A DNA stretch of 64,000 nt from positions 1 through 64,000 of the forward strand of contig OZ025654.1 of the NCBI GenBank assembly GCA_964019335.1. The letters are read 5' to 3'. Below the pieces are notes generated by a model. That model made no database searches. It saw nothing but the letters and a program-made list of their open reading frames with translations, and was not told the origin of the DNA. Within the stretch, counting starts at the first letter, position 1; each line of letters opens with the position of its first letter. Of this stretch, positions 9,411 through 19,024 are shown piece after piece. The position numbers were made by a program, and so were the translations under genes. This DNA comes from Diplonema japonicum. Taxonomy: Eukaryota > Protista > Euglenozoa: Diplonemea.

Positions 9411-10727
9411 TTAACACACAGCACAGCATGTCCTTTTTTGTTTGCTTGCTTTCGTCCCCCAGACCACTGTGCGTTCGTGGTGGTCCGACGGAGGAACCTC
9501 GCGTTGGTCAACAGGCACCCCGCTGTGCCGCAACAAGTCTGTCCCCACAGTGGCATTCCTCAATGGGGTCATGTCAATCTTGCTCAGACTATCAGTGTGA
9601 AACAGGAAACCACTCCCAACTGAAACCACACCACGCAGAGGGGACAGGTCCACTTCAGTTAAAGAGCTGCAGTGCGACAAGAAATGCTTCTCAATGGAAA
9701 CAACGTTTCCCAAAGGGGACAAGTCTACCGTACCTAGTTCATTGCAGAATGATAGGAAATACCTCCCAATGGAGGTGACGCCCCGCATCGGGGCGAGGTC
9801 CACACCTGTCAATGCCGCGCACCCGGACATGTAAAAGTTAGGAACGTTCTTAAGATTCCTCAACGGCGTGAAATCGACCGAAGTGAGGTTTTTGCAAAAA
9901 AACAAGAAAGATACCCCGATGTACGTGACGCTAATTAAAGGGCACAGCCTCAACACCGTAAGGGACTCACATGTTGAAAAAAAGAAGCTGCCTATCTCCT
10001 TCACATTACTCAGCGGGGTGAGGTCTATGGTCTGTAAAGACAAGCAGTCTGACATAAAGTGGGAATCGATCTCTGTCAAATCCCTCATACAAGAGATATC
10101 CACTTCGACAAGCGACCTGCATGAAACGAGGAATGAAGAGCTGATGGATATCAAAGACGAGTCCCAGAAGAGGGTGAGCTTCTGCAAATTGACGCACTGC
10201 GAGAGGAACTTGGATCCCACCGTCCTAACGGCGCATAGGTTGGAGACGTCAAGTTCTACAAGTTCCGTGAATCCGGCCAAAAAATTATCGCCTATCTTGG
10301 TGACTAGCTTCTTTGGGTCGGTGAGCTTAAGGCGTTCCAGACCAGAGGGGAAATCGTCTCTCCTCATTTTGAGCTCGTTGTCTGCAGTGTCTGATATGTC
10401 CACAATAAGCAGCAGCCCAGCATCCATTTCCATAAAACGTTCATAGAAAGTGAAATGGTCCCTGAGCTCCGCCAGCGACACTGTCATCGTGCTGAATATC
10501 GGCATCATGACTATTTCACACTCTTGCTCCATCCCAATATCCTGAATCCTTCCAGTGTCTACACCCAATACCGCTCCTTCATAATGTAGTACGAACGTTT
10601 CCTCATTCATTTCCCCTATGGTGCCTGCCTTATCATACAGATCCTTCACTGTCTCTTCACCAAGCATCTCAACTACCGCAGATGCCTTGTTTAAATCTAT
10701 AAACTTTATGGTGACCATGATGCCCAT
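9411..10727 (-). CDS. Ubiquitin-like N-terminal domain plus leucine-rich repeat protein
   Basis: TIKFID...ETVKDL...LHYEGAVL...IGMEQECEI head, then about 11 LRRs (DLTPLSNVKEIGSFFFSTCESL type). Paralogue of the neighbouring gene. Confidence 0.85.
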   Translation of the reverse strand: MGIMVTIKFIDLNKASAVVEMLGEETVKDLYDKAGTIGEMNEETFVLHYEGAVLGVDTGRIQDIGMEQECEIVMMPIFSTMTVSLAELRDHFTFYERFMEMDAGLLLIVDISDTADNELKMRRDDFPSGLERLKLTDPKKLVTKIGDNFLAGFTELVELDVSNLCAVRTVGSKFLSQCVNLQKLTLFWDSSLISISSSFLVSCRSLVEVDISCMRDLTEIDSHFMSDCLSLQTIDLTPLSNVKEIGSFFFSTCESLTVLRLCPLISVTYIGVSFLFFCKNLTSVDFTPLRNLKNVPNFYMSGCAALTGVDLAPMRGVTSIGRYFLSFCNELGTVDLSPLGNVVSIEKHFLSHCSSLTEVDLSPLRGVVSVGSGFLFHTDSLSKIDMTPLRNATVGTDLLRHSGVPVDQREVPPSDHHERTVVWGTKASKQKRTCCAVC

Positions 10728-11098
10728 TGCGTGTCACTTTACTGATGTGTGTTGAAAAACAAATGCAGAAAACAATAAGAATAATATTTGTTTCAGGAAA
10801 TGTTTGCACGTAGTGTCGGCTTTTTTTACCTTTTCTTTGAAAGATTTATTTGGTCGGTTCCAATCTTTTTTTATTCATTTCTTTTTCTTCGGCAGGAGGG
10901 GGGGGGATGTATTTTAAATCTAATTTAAAGTAAACCCCTCTGTCGGAGGACCCTGCGCTAAGGATCGAAAACAGCATTAAAAAAAAGATACTCGACACAA
11001 AAAAGAAAAAAAAAGAAACGGAGGTGGCCATTTGATGAAGCCAACAAGGCAAAAGACACGGCGAGAGGATATAAATAACGTTTGAATAGGGGGAAAAA

Positions 11099-11140
11099 CT
11101 CGATAAAATTTCCTTGTGCATGGGGGTGCTCACTGTTCAG
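11099..11140 (-). repeat. LINE 3'-end stem-loop motif, copy B
   Basis: + strand ctcgataaaatttccttgtgcatgggggtgctcactgttcag, about 130 nt downstream of the GH2 stop. Confidence 0.75.
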
Positions 11141-11268
11141 AAAAGAAAATATAAAAAGCGGAAACGCAGTCAACAGAAAGAAGTCAAAGGGTCTTTCTTA
11201 TTGACAATACTGTTTTGCTTCGCAAGAGACGTTTCATACTTAGAGAGGCTTTGATCTGATGACAATGA

Positions 11269-13137
11269 TTAAATCTCATCTGTATGGCTGGTGTAAAGCT
11301 TCTGCACAACGGAGAAGACCTGCTTCTTGCGCCTCCAGAAATCGACGGCACCCTTGTGGTTTTCGCCACCTGGGCGGTTGCAAGCGTCCGTAATGTACCC
11401 GCAAGTAGGGGGCGTGACCCCTGGTAGGTAGTCACACTGCCCGCACTTGATGGTGTCTTGAACGTTAGCTTTGATGTCCATGAACTGCCACAGTGTGAGC
11501 GAGGAAACGAGGTCTGAGTTCAGCGCGAAGGTCACGTCGGCACTAACGACGGCCGACTGGTAGCCCTGGCCCCACTTCACTGTTGAGGCATTGTTGGGCC
11601 ATTCGTAAATGCCCCCTGCGCCTGTCTCGGAGATCATGAATGGTTTGTCAAAGTTTTGCGCCACCCACTTAGCCTTCCCATCCCAGTACGGCGCACATGT
11701 TTCTGGCCCACCCGACCCGTACCAAGCAGGGTAGTTGTTGAACGACACAACATCGGCATAGGGCAGACATAATGAAGATGAAGTATGGTCATCAGCCCAT
11801 GTCACAAGCCTTGACGGGTCTCTCGCACGGATGCTGTCCGCCATCACTTTATACCCATCAACACATGAAGTTTGGTCGGTGGTGGGCCCTTCGTTGAAGA
11901 AACCCCACATCAGCACAGAAGGGTTGTTGAAGGACGCCTCTACCATCTCACGAGCCTGCTTCAGCTGCTGACCCATGAAGTCCTTGCTTTGAATGTCACT
12001 AGCCGACACACCGGGTCCCAAGCACTCCACCCACATACCAATACCGTTCTCGTCACAAAGATCGAGCCACCTTTGGTCCTGCGGGTAGTGTGCGCCACGA
12101 ACCATATTGGCACCAATCTCCTTGATCAGCTGCATGTCTTGCTTGTGTTCGTCGAGAGTGACGGCAAGACCCGTGTCGGGGTACATTGTGTGGCGATTGT
12201 ACCCCTTCAACTTCACTACCTCTCCGTTTATAGTGATCCTTGTTACCTCAGTGACGGGAGGGTCGTTCACCTGCACGGTTTTTGTAGAGATGATACGGAT
12301 CCCGAACCTAGTGGAGATGGTGTCGGCCCCGATGGTGATGTTCAACATGTGCAAGTAGGGGGAGTCGAAGGACCACAGCTTACAGGTTCCGGTGGGCTTG
12401 CAAGGCATGTCTACGGTGGTGGTTCCTTCTGTTCCATTGAAGGCAACGCACACGCTGTCTACCTTGCCGCCCCAATCGAGCGTGAAGCAGGGCTTAGAGG
12501 ACACAGCAGAAAAACGCGTTGCTACGAACTTCATCTTGATGGTGCCTGACAAGTCGGTGGGTGTGACGTCGACTCTCATCAGTGATGTGGGGGTTGAGGG
12601 GATCTCATGCACCACTACGCTGCGGGAGATACCCGCGAAGTGCCAGAAGTCTCCACCGGTGTACACAGTTGCGGTGCTCACGTTGAATCTGTTGTCTGAG
12701 AGCACGAAGAGCTCTTTGGGGGTGCCCGGGGTGCCTTGCGGAAGGTCGAACCAGAACATGCTGTAGCCGCCGCTCCTGTGGTCACCCAGGAGTACGCCGT
12801 CGACCCACACTTTGCAGTAGAAACCGCATGCTGCGAAACTGATCATTCCCCGCGACCCCGATGCGAAAGCGTTGATCGTTGTGCGGTAGAACGCAGTCCC
12901 CCTTCTCCCCGGGATGCCTGGCATGGCGTTGTCAAATACAGACGGCACCGTTGTTGTGTTGGGTGTCAGGGCCATGCTGGGATCTACACTGGCTATGTCC
13001 ACGTTCTCCGCGAAGCCGAATTCCCATTGTCCATCAAGCACCTGAAGCTTCCTTGTCGGGTACTTCGGCCAGAATGGCGCCTCCGAAGGCCATCCCTGCA
13101 CACCGAGCACCAACAAGCTCCAAAGCAATACTCTCAT
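11269..13137 (-). CDS. Secreted glycoside hydrolase family 2 (beta-glucuronidase/galactosidase-like)
   Basis: Signal peptide; LDGQWEF, AGISRSV, RFGIR, KLKGYNRH, GANMVRGAHYP, MWGFFNEG (acid/base), KPFMISETGA (nucleophile), NHKG. Confidence 0.92.
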   Translation of the reverse strand: MRVLLWSLLVLGVQGWPSEAPFWPKYPTRKLQVLDGQWEFGFAENVDIASVDPSMALTPNTTTVPSVFDNAMPGIPGRRGTAFYRTTINAFASGSRGMISFAACGFYCKVWVDGVLLGDHRSGGYSMFWFDLPQGTPGTPKELFVLSDNRFNVSTATVYTGGDFWHFAGISRSVVVHEIPSTPTSLMRVDVTPTDLSGTIKMKFVATRFSAVSSKPCFTLDWGGKVDSVCVAFNGTEGTTTVDMPCKPTGTCKLWSFDSPYLHMLNITIGADTISTRFGIRIISTKTVQVNDPPVTEVTRITINGEVVKLKGYNRHTMYPDTGLAVTLDEHKQDMQLIKEIGANMVRGAHYPQDQRWLDLCDENGIGMWVECLGPGVSASDIQSKDFMGQQLKQAREMVEASFNNPSVLMWGFFNEGPTTDQTSCVDGYKVMADSIRARDPSRLVTWADDHTSSSLCLPYADVVSFNNYPAWYGSGGPETCAPYWDGKAKWVAQNFDKPFMISETGAGGIYEWPNNASTVKWGQGYQSAVVSADVTFALNSDLVSSLTLWQFMDIKANVQDTIKCGQCDYLPGVTPPTCGYITDACNRPGGENHKGAVDFWRRKKQVFSVVQKLYTSHTDEI

Positions 13138-13307
13138 TCTTGTCTTACCTGATAAGGTTACCCGTTAGCCGTGTATAGATAAAGCAAGTGGAATCAAAAA
13201 AAAAACAGGAGGAATCGAGAAGACAAGAAAGATATTTAAATAAGGTAGCCATCAAACTTGAGTTGGCTGGAGAAGGTTAGGGAAAATCGGTTATTCGAGG
13301 TTATGTT

Positions 13308-15206
13308 TTAAAAAGGGTATAAATGGTGAGTCCAATTGATCGGCTTCGGGGCCATCTTAAGAGAACGCTTCAGCTTGTTCAAGCAGTAGCACTTTACAGT
13401 CTTCCGGCAGGCGTTGCATGCATATCGTTTAGTCTTGTGGCATTGAGAATCACATGCCCTACCATACTTCCTGCCCATTCCCTTGTGCTTCAAGGCTTGT
13501 TTTTTCGTTAGTGGACTTCCCAAGGCCTCCTCAATGTCGTAGGCCCCGTCCCACCATTCCCAATCTAATCTGCCTCGCTCTGAAAGAAACGTACAATATG
13601 GACAATCACATTGTGACTCTATAATCGTGTGACTGTAGTAGTAGTAGCTATCAGAATCCTGCGGTTCATCGTAGGGTTCTGCGAGGGGTAAAATTGTCTT
13701 ACTCGCCTTTCTTCTTCCACCTTTGCTCAATGCACCCTTCACCTCGCTCTTCTTACACCCATACTTCATCAACACAAGTGCTGTCTCTGCCACGTCGGGG
13801 TCTCTTGTCACAACCTTTCCCAGCAGCACGCCAGGTGTCCTCCCCATCGCATCATGAACTGCAACACTTCCGTTCCAATCCCTCAGAACCACCTCCAAAC
13901 GGCGAAAATCCAGACGAGCTGTCAGGTAGTGCACAAGCGCTGCCTTCCGTCCGGAAGGCTGCTTGTAGTTTGTGACAGAAGAGGAGTGGTCATCCATATG
14001 TGCGAGTAAAGTGTAGGCAACCTCCCAGTGGCCCTGCTGCACAGCCGACCTGAAGGCACTCCCGTCGTGAAGCCCTGCGAAGTACCCTGCCCGCAGAACA
14101 GCCAGGACAGAAGAGCAGTCAGGGTAATAATAGGCAGCAATATCCAACGGAGACTGGACAGACTTCGGAAGCTTCTTGCACGCAATAAGAAACTTCTCGA
14201 CGTCGAGGCACTTCGCCATGGAGCGCAGAAGGCCCTCAGGTGTCACGTTCTCGTACTTGAGCAGGTACAGCACCTTTCTTAGACTGGCTGAGGCTGCATG
14301 AGCATCGCTCTTTGTGGGAACAACCTTGCATTCTTCGATTAAGTACTTCATTATCTCAAAGCTCCGATCATTTCTTGACCCACAAGCAACAAACAGCGGC
14401 GGTGCATCATACTCCAAAGTGATATGTTTGCAGGTTGCAGACTGAAGTACGGGGTAGTTGTGGAACACGATACACTTCATCATGTCCAACAAACCGCACT
14501 GTGCTGCTGCACGTGCATAGTCGACGATCCTCTCTGTGCTCTCAAGTTTCAGAAGCAAGTCCACCAGCTGTTGGCGATTCTTCCTGATTGCATGGATTAT
14601 GGTGTGTGGCTGGCACTGAGCTGAAACTCCATGCTCAAGAAGAATGTTAACGAGCCTGACATCAGTCTTGTGAGTAATGCAAGACCCGATTGATGCGTGA
14701 GCGAGCCCCTGTCTGGCGAAAAGCTCCGCAGCACGTATATTGAACGAGTCGAAAGTATGACACTTGTAAAGGTGCCCTGCAGCAATAACAGCACCATTGC
14801 TAGAGAGAGTCTCCATCATCCTGATGCTCTTATTTGTGAAGGCTAAACTCATTGGTTCTGTGAAGCCACACATGGTCAAAGAATATCCAGCGTGAATATA
14901 GGCCTCGACCCTCTCGACGTTGTCGGCTAACAAGCTGCTGTAATAGTCGTCCGGTCCCACTTCACCACCCATCGATTCCAGCGTCTTCATTCCGAGGACC
15001 TTCTTGCTCAGTACAGCCTCTAGCTCATCATCCTGAAGTAGTTCATCAATGCTCATCAGCAGCTCTCCCTCCCTTGTGCGTAGGCCTTCCACCTGAACCC
15101 CGAGCAGCCTACTGGCACGGTTGCATATCTGCTTAACCGTCTCGTGTTGTGTCACCTCCATAACCTGCTCCTCACCGTGCAGCTTCACAAAGATCATTAA
15201 GGACAT
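13308..15206 (-). CDS. Ubiquitin-like head plus degenerate ankyrin-repeat protein with Cys/basic C-terminus
   Basis: MIFVKLHG...ETVKQI head; ankyrin-like segments (LVNILLEHG, PPLFVAC...IMKYLIEEC, AFRSAVQQGHWEVAYTLL, DAMGRTP). Confidence 0.7.
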   Translation of the reverse strand: MSLMIFVKLHGEEQVMEVTQHETVKQICNRASRLLGVQVEGLRTREGELLMSIDELLQDDELEAVLSKKVLGMKTLESMGGEVGPDDYYSSLLADNVERVEAYIHAGYSLTMCGFTEPMSLAFTNKSIRMMETLSSNGAVIAAGHLYKCHTFDSFNIRAAELFARQGLAHASIGSCITHKTDVRLVNILLEHGVSAQCQPHTIIHAIRKNRQQLVDLLLKLESTERIVDYARAAAQCGLLDMMKCIVFHNYPVLQSATCKHITLEYDAPPLFVACGSRNDRSFEIMKYLIEECKVVPTKSDAHAASASLRKVLYLLKYENVTPEGLLRSMAKCLDVEKFLIACKKLPKSVQSPLDIAAYYYPDCSSVLAVLRAGYFAGLHDGSAFRSAVQQGHWEVAYTLLAHMDDHSSSVTNYKQPSGRKAALVHYLTARLDFRRLEVVLRDWNGSVAVHDAMGRTPGVLLGKVVTRDPDVAETALVLMKYGCKKSEVKGALSKGGRRKASKTILPLAEPYDEPQDSDSYYYYSHTIIESQCDCPYCTFLSERGRLDWEWWDGAYDIEEALGSPLTKKQALKHKGMGRKYGRACDSQCHKTKRYACNACRKTVKCYCLNKLKRSLKMAPKPINWTHHLYPF

Positions 15207-15399
15207 GGCGCTTTTTCAAACTGTGGGATTCTACTGCAGAAGAAGAGACGAGAGCGTTACAAAAGAATACGCATATGCCACACTCGTCGATACTTTTGCC
15301 GAAGGAAGAATTCAAGAAAAAAGAAAGGGAGAAAAGCTCCTGCAACAAAAGAACAAAAGAACACACAGCATGGAAAAAGTTATAACAAAAGAATCACGT

Positions 15400-16188
15400 T
15401 TAGAGCTTGCCTGCTATCCAGCCACCTTCAATAGGAAGGATGGCACCGGTTATGGAAGCAGCGGCATCGGAGCAGAGGAACACGGCGAGAGAGGCTATCT
15501 GGTCGGTGGTGACGAATTCCTTCGTGGGCTGAGCGGCGAGGAGGACATCTTTCTTGACTTGTTCTTCAGTGAGGTTGCGCGCCTTCATGGTATGAGGGAT
15601 CTGTGCCTCCACCAGAGGGGTCCACACGTAGCCTGGGCAGATGGCGTTGACTGTGATTCGCTGCTGCGCTGTCTCCAAGGCGACGGTCTTTGTCAGACCT
15701 GCAATGCCGTGCTTGGCAGCAACGTAGGCCGACTTACAAGGTGAAGCAACAAGGGCATGCGCAGAGGCTGTGTTGATGACTCGCCCCCATCCACTCTTCT
15801 TCATGTACGGCAGTGCATGGTGTACTGTGTGGAATGCGGAGCTCAAGTTGATCGCAAGAATAGCGTCCCATTTCTCTATTGGGAACTCATCTACGGGGGC
15901 GACGTGCTGCACACCTGCGTTGTTCATCAGGATGTCAATCCCCCCAAAGGCGTCGCCTGCTGTCTTTATCATCGCCTCGATCTCTTTCGGCTTCGACATG
16001 TCTGCGGACGAATACAAACACGTCACGTTGAACTCCCTTGCGATGGCCAACCTTTCCTTCTCGATGGCGTCCTTTGACCCAAGCCCATTCAACATCACAT
16101 TCGCCCCTTGTGCGGCAAATGCCCTAGCGCACGCCAAACCTATCCCGGACGTCGATCCCGTCACCACAGCAGACTTGTTCCTGAGCAT
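15400..16188 (-). CDS. bdhA: D-3-hydroxybutyrate dehydrogenase (SDR), bacterial type
   Basis: TGSTSGIG, NNAGVQHVAP, SAHALVASP.KSAYVAAKHG, CPGYVWTPLVEAQI. The likely start is MLRNKS at 16188. Confidence 0.9.
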   Translation of the reverse strand: MLRNKSAVVTGSTSGIGLACARAFAAQGANVMLNGLGSKDAIEKERLAIAREFNVTCLYSSADMSKPKEIEAMIKTAGDAFGGIDILMNNAGVQHVAPVDEFPIEKWDAILAINLSSAFHTVHHALPYMKKSGWGRVINTASAHALVASPCKSAYVAAKHGIAGLTKTVALETAQQRITVNAICPGYVWTPLVEAQIPHTMKARNLTEEQVKKDVLLAAQPTKEFVTTDQIASLAVFLCSDAAASITGAILPIEGGWIAGKL

Positions 16189-16506
16189 TTTCTTTTTTTT
16201 CTGAAAAAGGAAAGTTATAATTATAATTCCTGAAACTAACAAAAAAACGAAAAAAAAGCTTTCTACACCCTCCCTTCGTCATTCCTCTTCGCTCTGGCGA
16301 AAAAAAAGAATAATATGTAAACAAGGGAATAAAAAAGGAAAAAAAAGGGGGTGCACTATTTGGCTTGTTTTTTTCTTTTGTTCTTATTCTTTCTTCTTAA
16401 AAAAACGTTTTTATGCAGAGGTCTGGCGTTTTTCTCTTGTTTTTTTCTTTTTTTTATTCCCCCTTTTCTGCGAAAACTGTATGAGAAAAAAAAACATGGA
16501 AAAAAA

Positions 16507-16545
16507 TTCGATAAGGTTTCAGTGTGCAGGGGGTGCTCACCGTTG
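16507..16545 (-). repeat. LINE 3'-end stem-loop motif, copy C
   Basis: + strand ttcgataaggtttcagtgtgcagggggtgctcaccgttg, about 140 nt downstream of the phospholipase B stop. Confidence 0.78.
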
Positions 16546-16685
16546 AAAAAAAATTAAAATACAGGTAAGGGGGGGGGAGGTGAATACGAAAACTGGCCCG
16601 AGGCATTTGTTCAGATGTGCCTCCTCGGAGATCCAGTAGCTTTCAGGGAGTAAACAACACGCCACGCTGGTAGGAAGGCATCGGC

Positions 16686-18296
16686 CTACAGATTCTTGGG
16701 CACCATGGTGACCCAGTCGAAGTCGTACTTCGGGGGAAGACCGATGTGCTGGGACGTGGGGAAAGCGTTCCACGCGAAGGGGGGGAGGTTCCCTGTAGTA
16801 CCCCTGGTAGGCCCGTTGATGGCCTTGGCAGTCATCGAGCTGAAGATAGCCGACGAAGTGATCTTAGTGTCGTAGCAGCCAAAGGGCGACCCGCCATTCC
16901 CGAGGTCGCCCCTGCAGCAAATAGCGTGGCAAGGGTTACCCTCGCTGTACGGGTCAGTGGTGTAAGCGTTCGACCTAAGAATGTCCCCATAGGTGTCAAG
17001 ACTCTTCACAGTGTCAGCATCACGGCGGAACAGCAGCGCCCTCGGTGCAGTCTGGTACGCCGCAGATGGCACACCCCTCAATGCCAGCGCCTTCAACCCA
17101 GAGCTCTCATACACCTCAGGGAAGTACGGCACGTTGTAACTAGGCCAGTACCCGTAAGACAGGATTTCCGTCATGTCCTTCCCCGGGATCTGCCCCGGAA
17201 TCTCCTCTACAACCCACAAGGTGCCGGGCTTCAACGGCTTGCCGGCCTCGAACAAGTTGAAGTTGATGACCATGTACTGGTTGCAGTAAGTCCCGCTGTG
17301 CGAGGTGGCCATGGCCTGGTGCCATTCGTCACCAGTCGTCGACACCACATGTGCTGTGCGCACCCTTTGCCACGCAAGCAGCGATTGGGGAGTCACAAGA
17401 TTGTAGAAGCTCGTGTTCGCGAAATTAATAGACGTCTGCACCATGCCCAGCCCGCTCGACATCATATAAAAGTCGTCCAGCGACTCGAGGTACCCGGGGT
17501 AGCTGCTGAAGGAGACCTTCTTCGCGGCGACTTGCGGGAAGTCAAAGGTGTAGTGCTTGAAGATCCTGTTGGTGGCGGTGTACTCGTACCACGAGGAGTG
17601 CCCCATGAAGAGCTCAGAGAAGTTCCCTGTGATTTTGATAATAGAAGAGCATTTCCCTGCACGGAGGAGGCTTTGGTCGGCATCGCTGTTGCTCATGCGG
17701 GAGTAGTCCGTACGGAGACGGGGAATCACGGCGGGGATGATCTGGAAGAGGTCGCCGTCGCCATTGAGCATCGAGAAGGCAGACTTGTCAAGGGCAGGGA
17801 CAGAGGCGGTGCCTGTCTGCGAGGCAAGGTTGTAACCGGCGATGAGGCCGTCGAACTGGTTGACGATGTTACCCAGCTGCACCCAGAAGTTATCGGTGGG
17901 GTTGCTGGTGATCTGCTGGCGCATCCACGTGTCTTGTTGTGTCATCCACTGCTCCACCTGCTTGATCTCAGAGGAGTTTAGGTTACCGTAGTGCACAAGG
18001 CGCATGTTCAGGTAGTGTTCCCAGATCCTTCCGGCAGTCAGATACCCCTCAGCTGCACCGACGGCAAAGCCCATGTCCCCAACGGCACCTGTTCCCGTAG
18101 CGACATCCAGGACCCCCCACCCAGTGCTGTTGAGCGTATCTTCGAACGCACCATACCCACTCGCACTGCGATCTACCACCCCAGCGACGTGCTTCGTGAT
18201 CAGCCGGTTCGATACCCAAATTGACACTACCGACGGGTCTGCAGTAGCTGCGCTTGAAACCCCCGCCAAGAGCAGGGTCGCTGCAACCTTCCACAT
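16686..18296 (-). CDS. Phospholipase B-like (PLBD family, Ntn hydrolase), secreted or lysosomal
   Basis: Signal peptide; TGWGVL, AEGYLT, KCSSIIK (Ntn nucleophile), SFSSYPG..SLDDFY, HSGTYCNQYM, YWPSYNVPYF, APRALLFRRD, RGDL, DTKI. Confidence 0.92.
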   Translation of the reverse strand: MWKVAATLLLAGVSSAATADPSVVSIWVSNRLITKHVAGVVDRSASGYGAFEDTLNSTGWGVLDVATGTGAVGDMGFAVGAAEGYLTAGRIWEHYLNMRLVHYGNLNSSEIKQVEQWMTQQDTWMRQQITSNPTDNFWVQLGNIVNQFDGLIAGYNLASQTGTASVPALDKSAFSMLNGDGDLFQIIPAVIPRLRTDYSRMSNSDADQSLLRAGKCSSIIKITGNFSELFMGHSSWYEYTATNRIFKHYTFDFPQVAAKKVSFSSYPGYLESLDDFYMMSSGLGMVQTSINFANTSFYNLVTPQSLLAWQRVRTAHVVSTTGDEWHQAMATSHSGTYCNQYMVINFNLFEAGKPLKPGTLWVVEEIPGQIPGKDMTEILSYGYWPSYNVPYFPEVYESSGLKALALRGVPSAAYQTAPRALLFRRDADTVKSLDTYGDILRSNAYTTDPYSEGNPCHAICCRGDLGNGGSPFGCYDTKITSSAIFSSMTAKAINGPTRGTTGNLPPFAWNAFPTSQHIGLPPKYDFDWVTMVPKNL

Positions 18297-19024
18297 ATTT
18301 CTTTCTATTCCTACACGTTAAGTTGTATGGGATTCTTCAATAACTACGTAATAATTCAAAGGAAAAAGAAAATTCATGACAACGGTCCACGCAAAAAAAT
18401 GAATGGAAAGGAGGTCATCATAAATTCAAGCGACATAAGGCTGTCAATGCGTGCATTTGTTCTGCCAAAGAACACTGCTATTGTAGTGCTCGCAGCTTAG
18501 AGACTAGTGACGCCTGCACTGCCACGTGTTACATCACGCTATATTGGCCGGAGATACTACATTTCTTAACCCGCTTCCCAAGATGCTTCTGCAAAGCAGC
18601 CTGACCCTTTTCAAGCACCGTTGCATGCACCACTTTCACAGGGTGCCCAAATCTACCTTCGCTTTCCTCGCCGTTCGTTCCCATAAGCCTCTTCAACACG
18701 CACCAGTAGAATGGCTTGACTTCTCCGTCATTCCACACCCTCACACGCACCTGTAGCACCGAAATCGATACCATACCCTTCATCCATGGGTATGACTGTC
18801 ACATAACGCCTAGAGGGGCTCACAGCGAAACGGTGGATAAAAAAAAAGAAAACACACTAACTTACTAGTTGATTAAAAGCGCCCATCGAGATCTACTGGA
18901 AAAAAAACAAACGAGCAGGGTTCCAAACAAGCAAGGGCCTCCCGTCATCCATGGAAACAGATGGTTCGAGGGCAACCTCGGGAAACATACTTTTAAACTA
19001 AGACCGAACTAATGGAAAGAAACC

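Noticed and set aside
16189-16242. N-terminal extension of the bdhA ORF
   Set aside because: Translated A/T-rich spacer from a non-ATG start; homology begins at MLRNKS.
18529-18783. 84-aa minus-strand ORF between phospholipase B and the giant gene
   Set aside because: No motif recognised; it could be UTR or a decayed fragment and cannot be supported.
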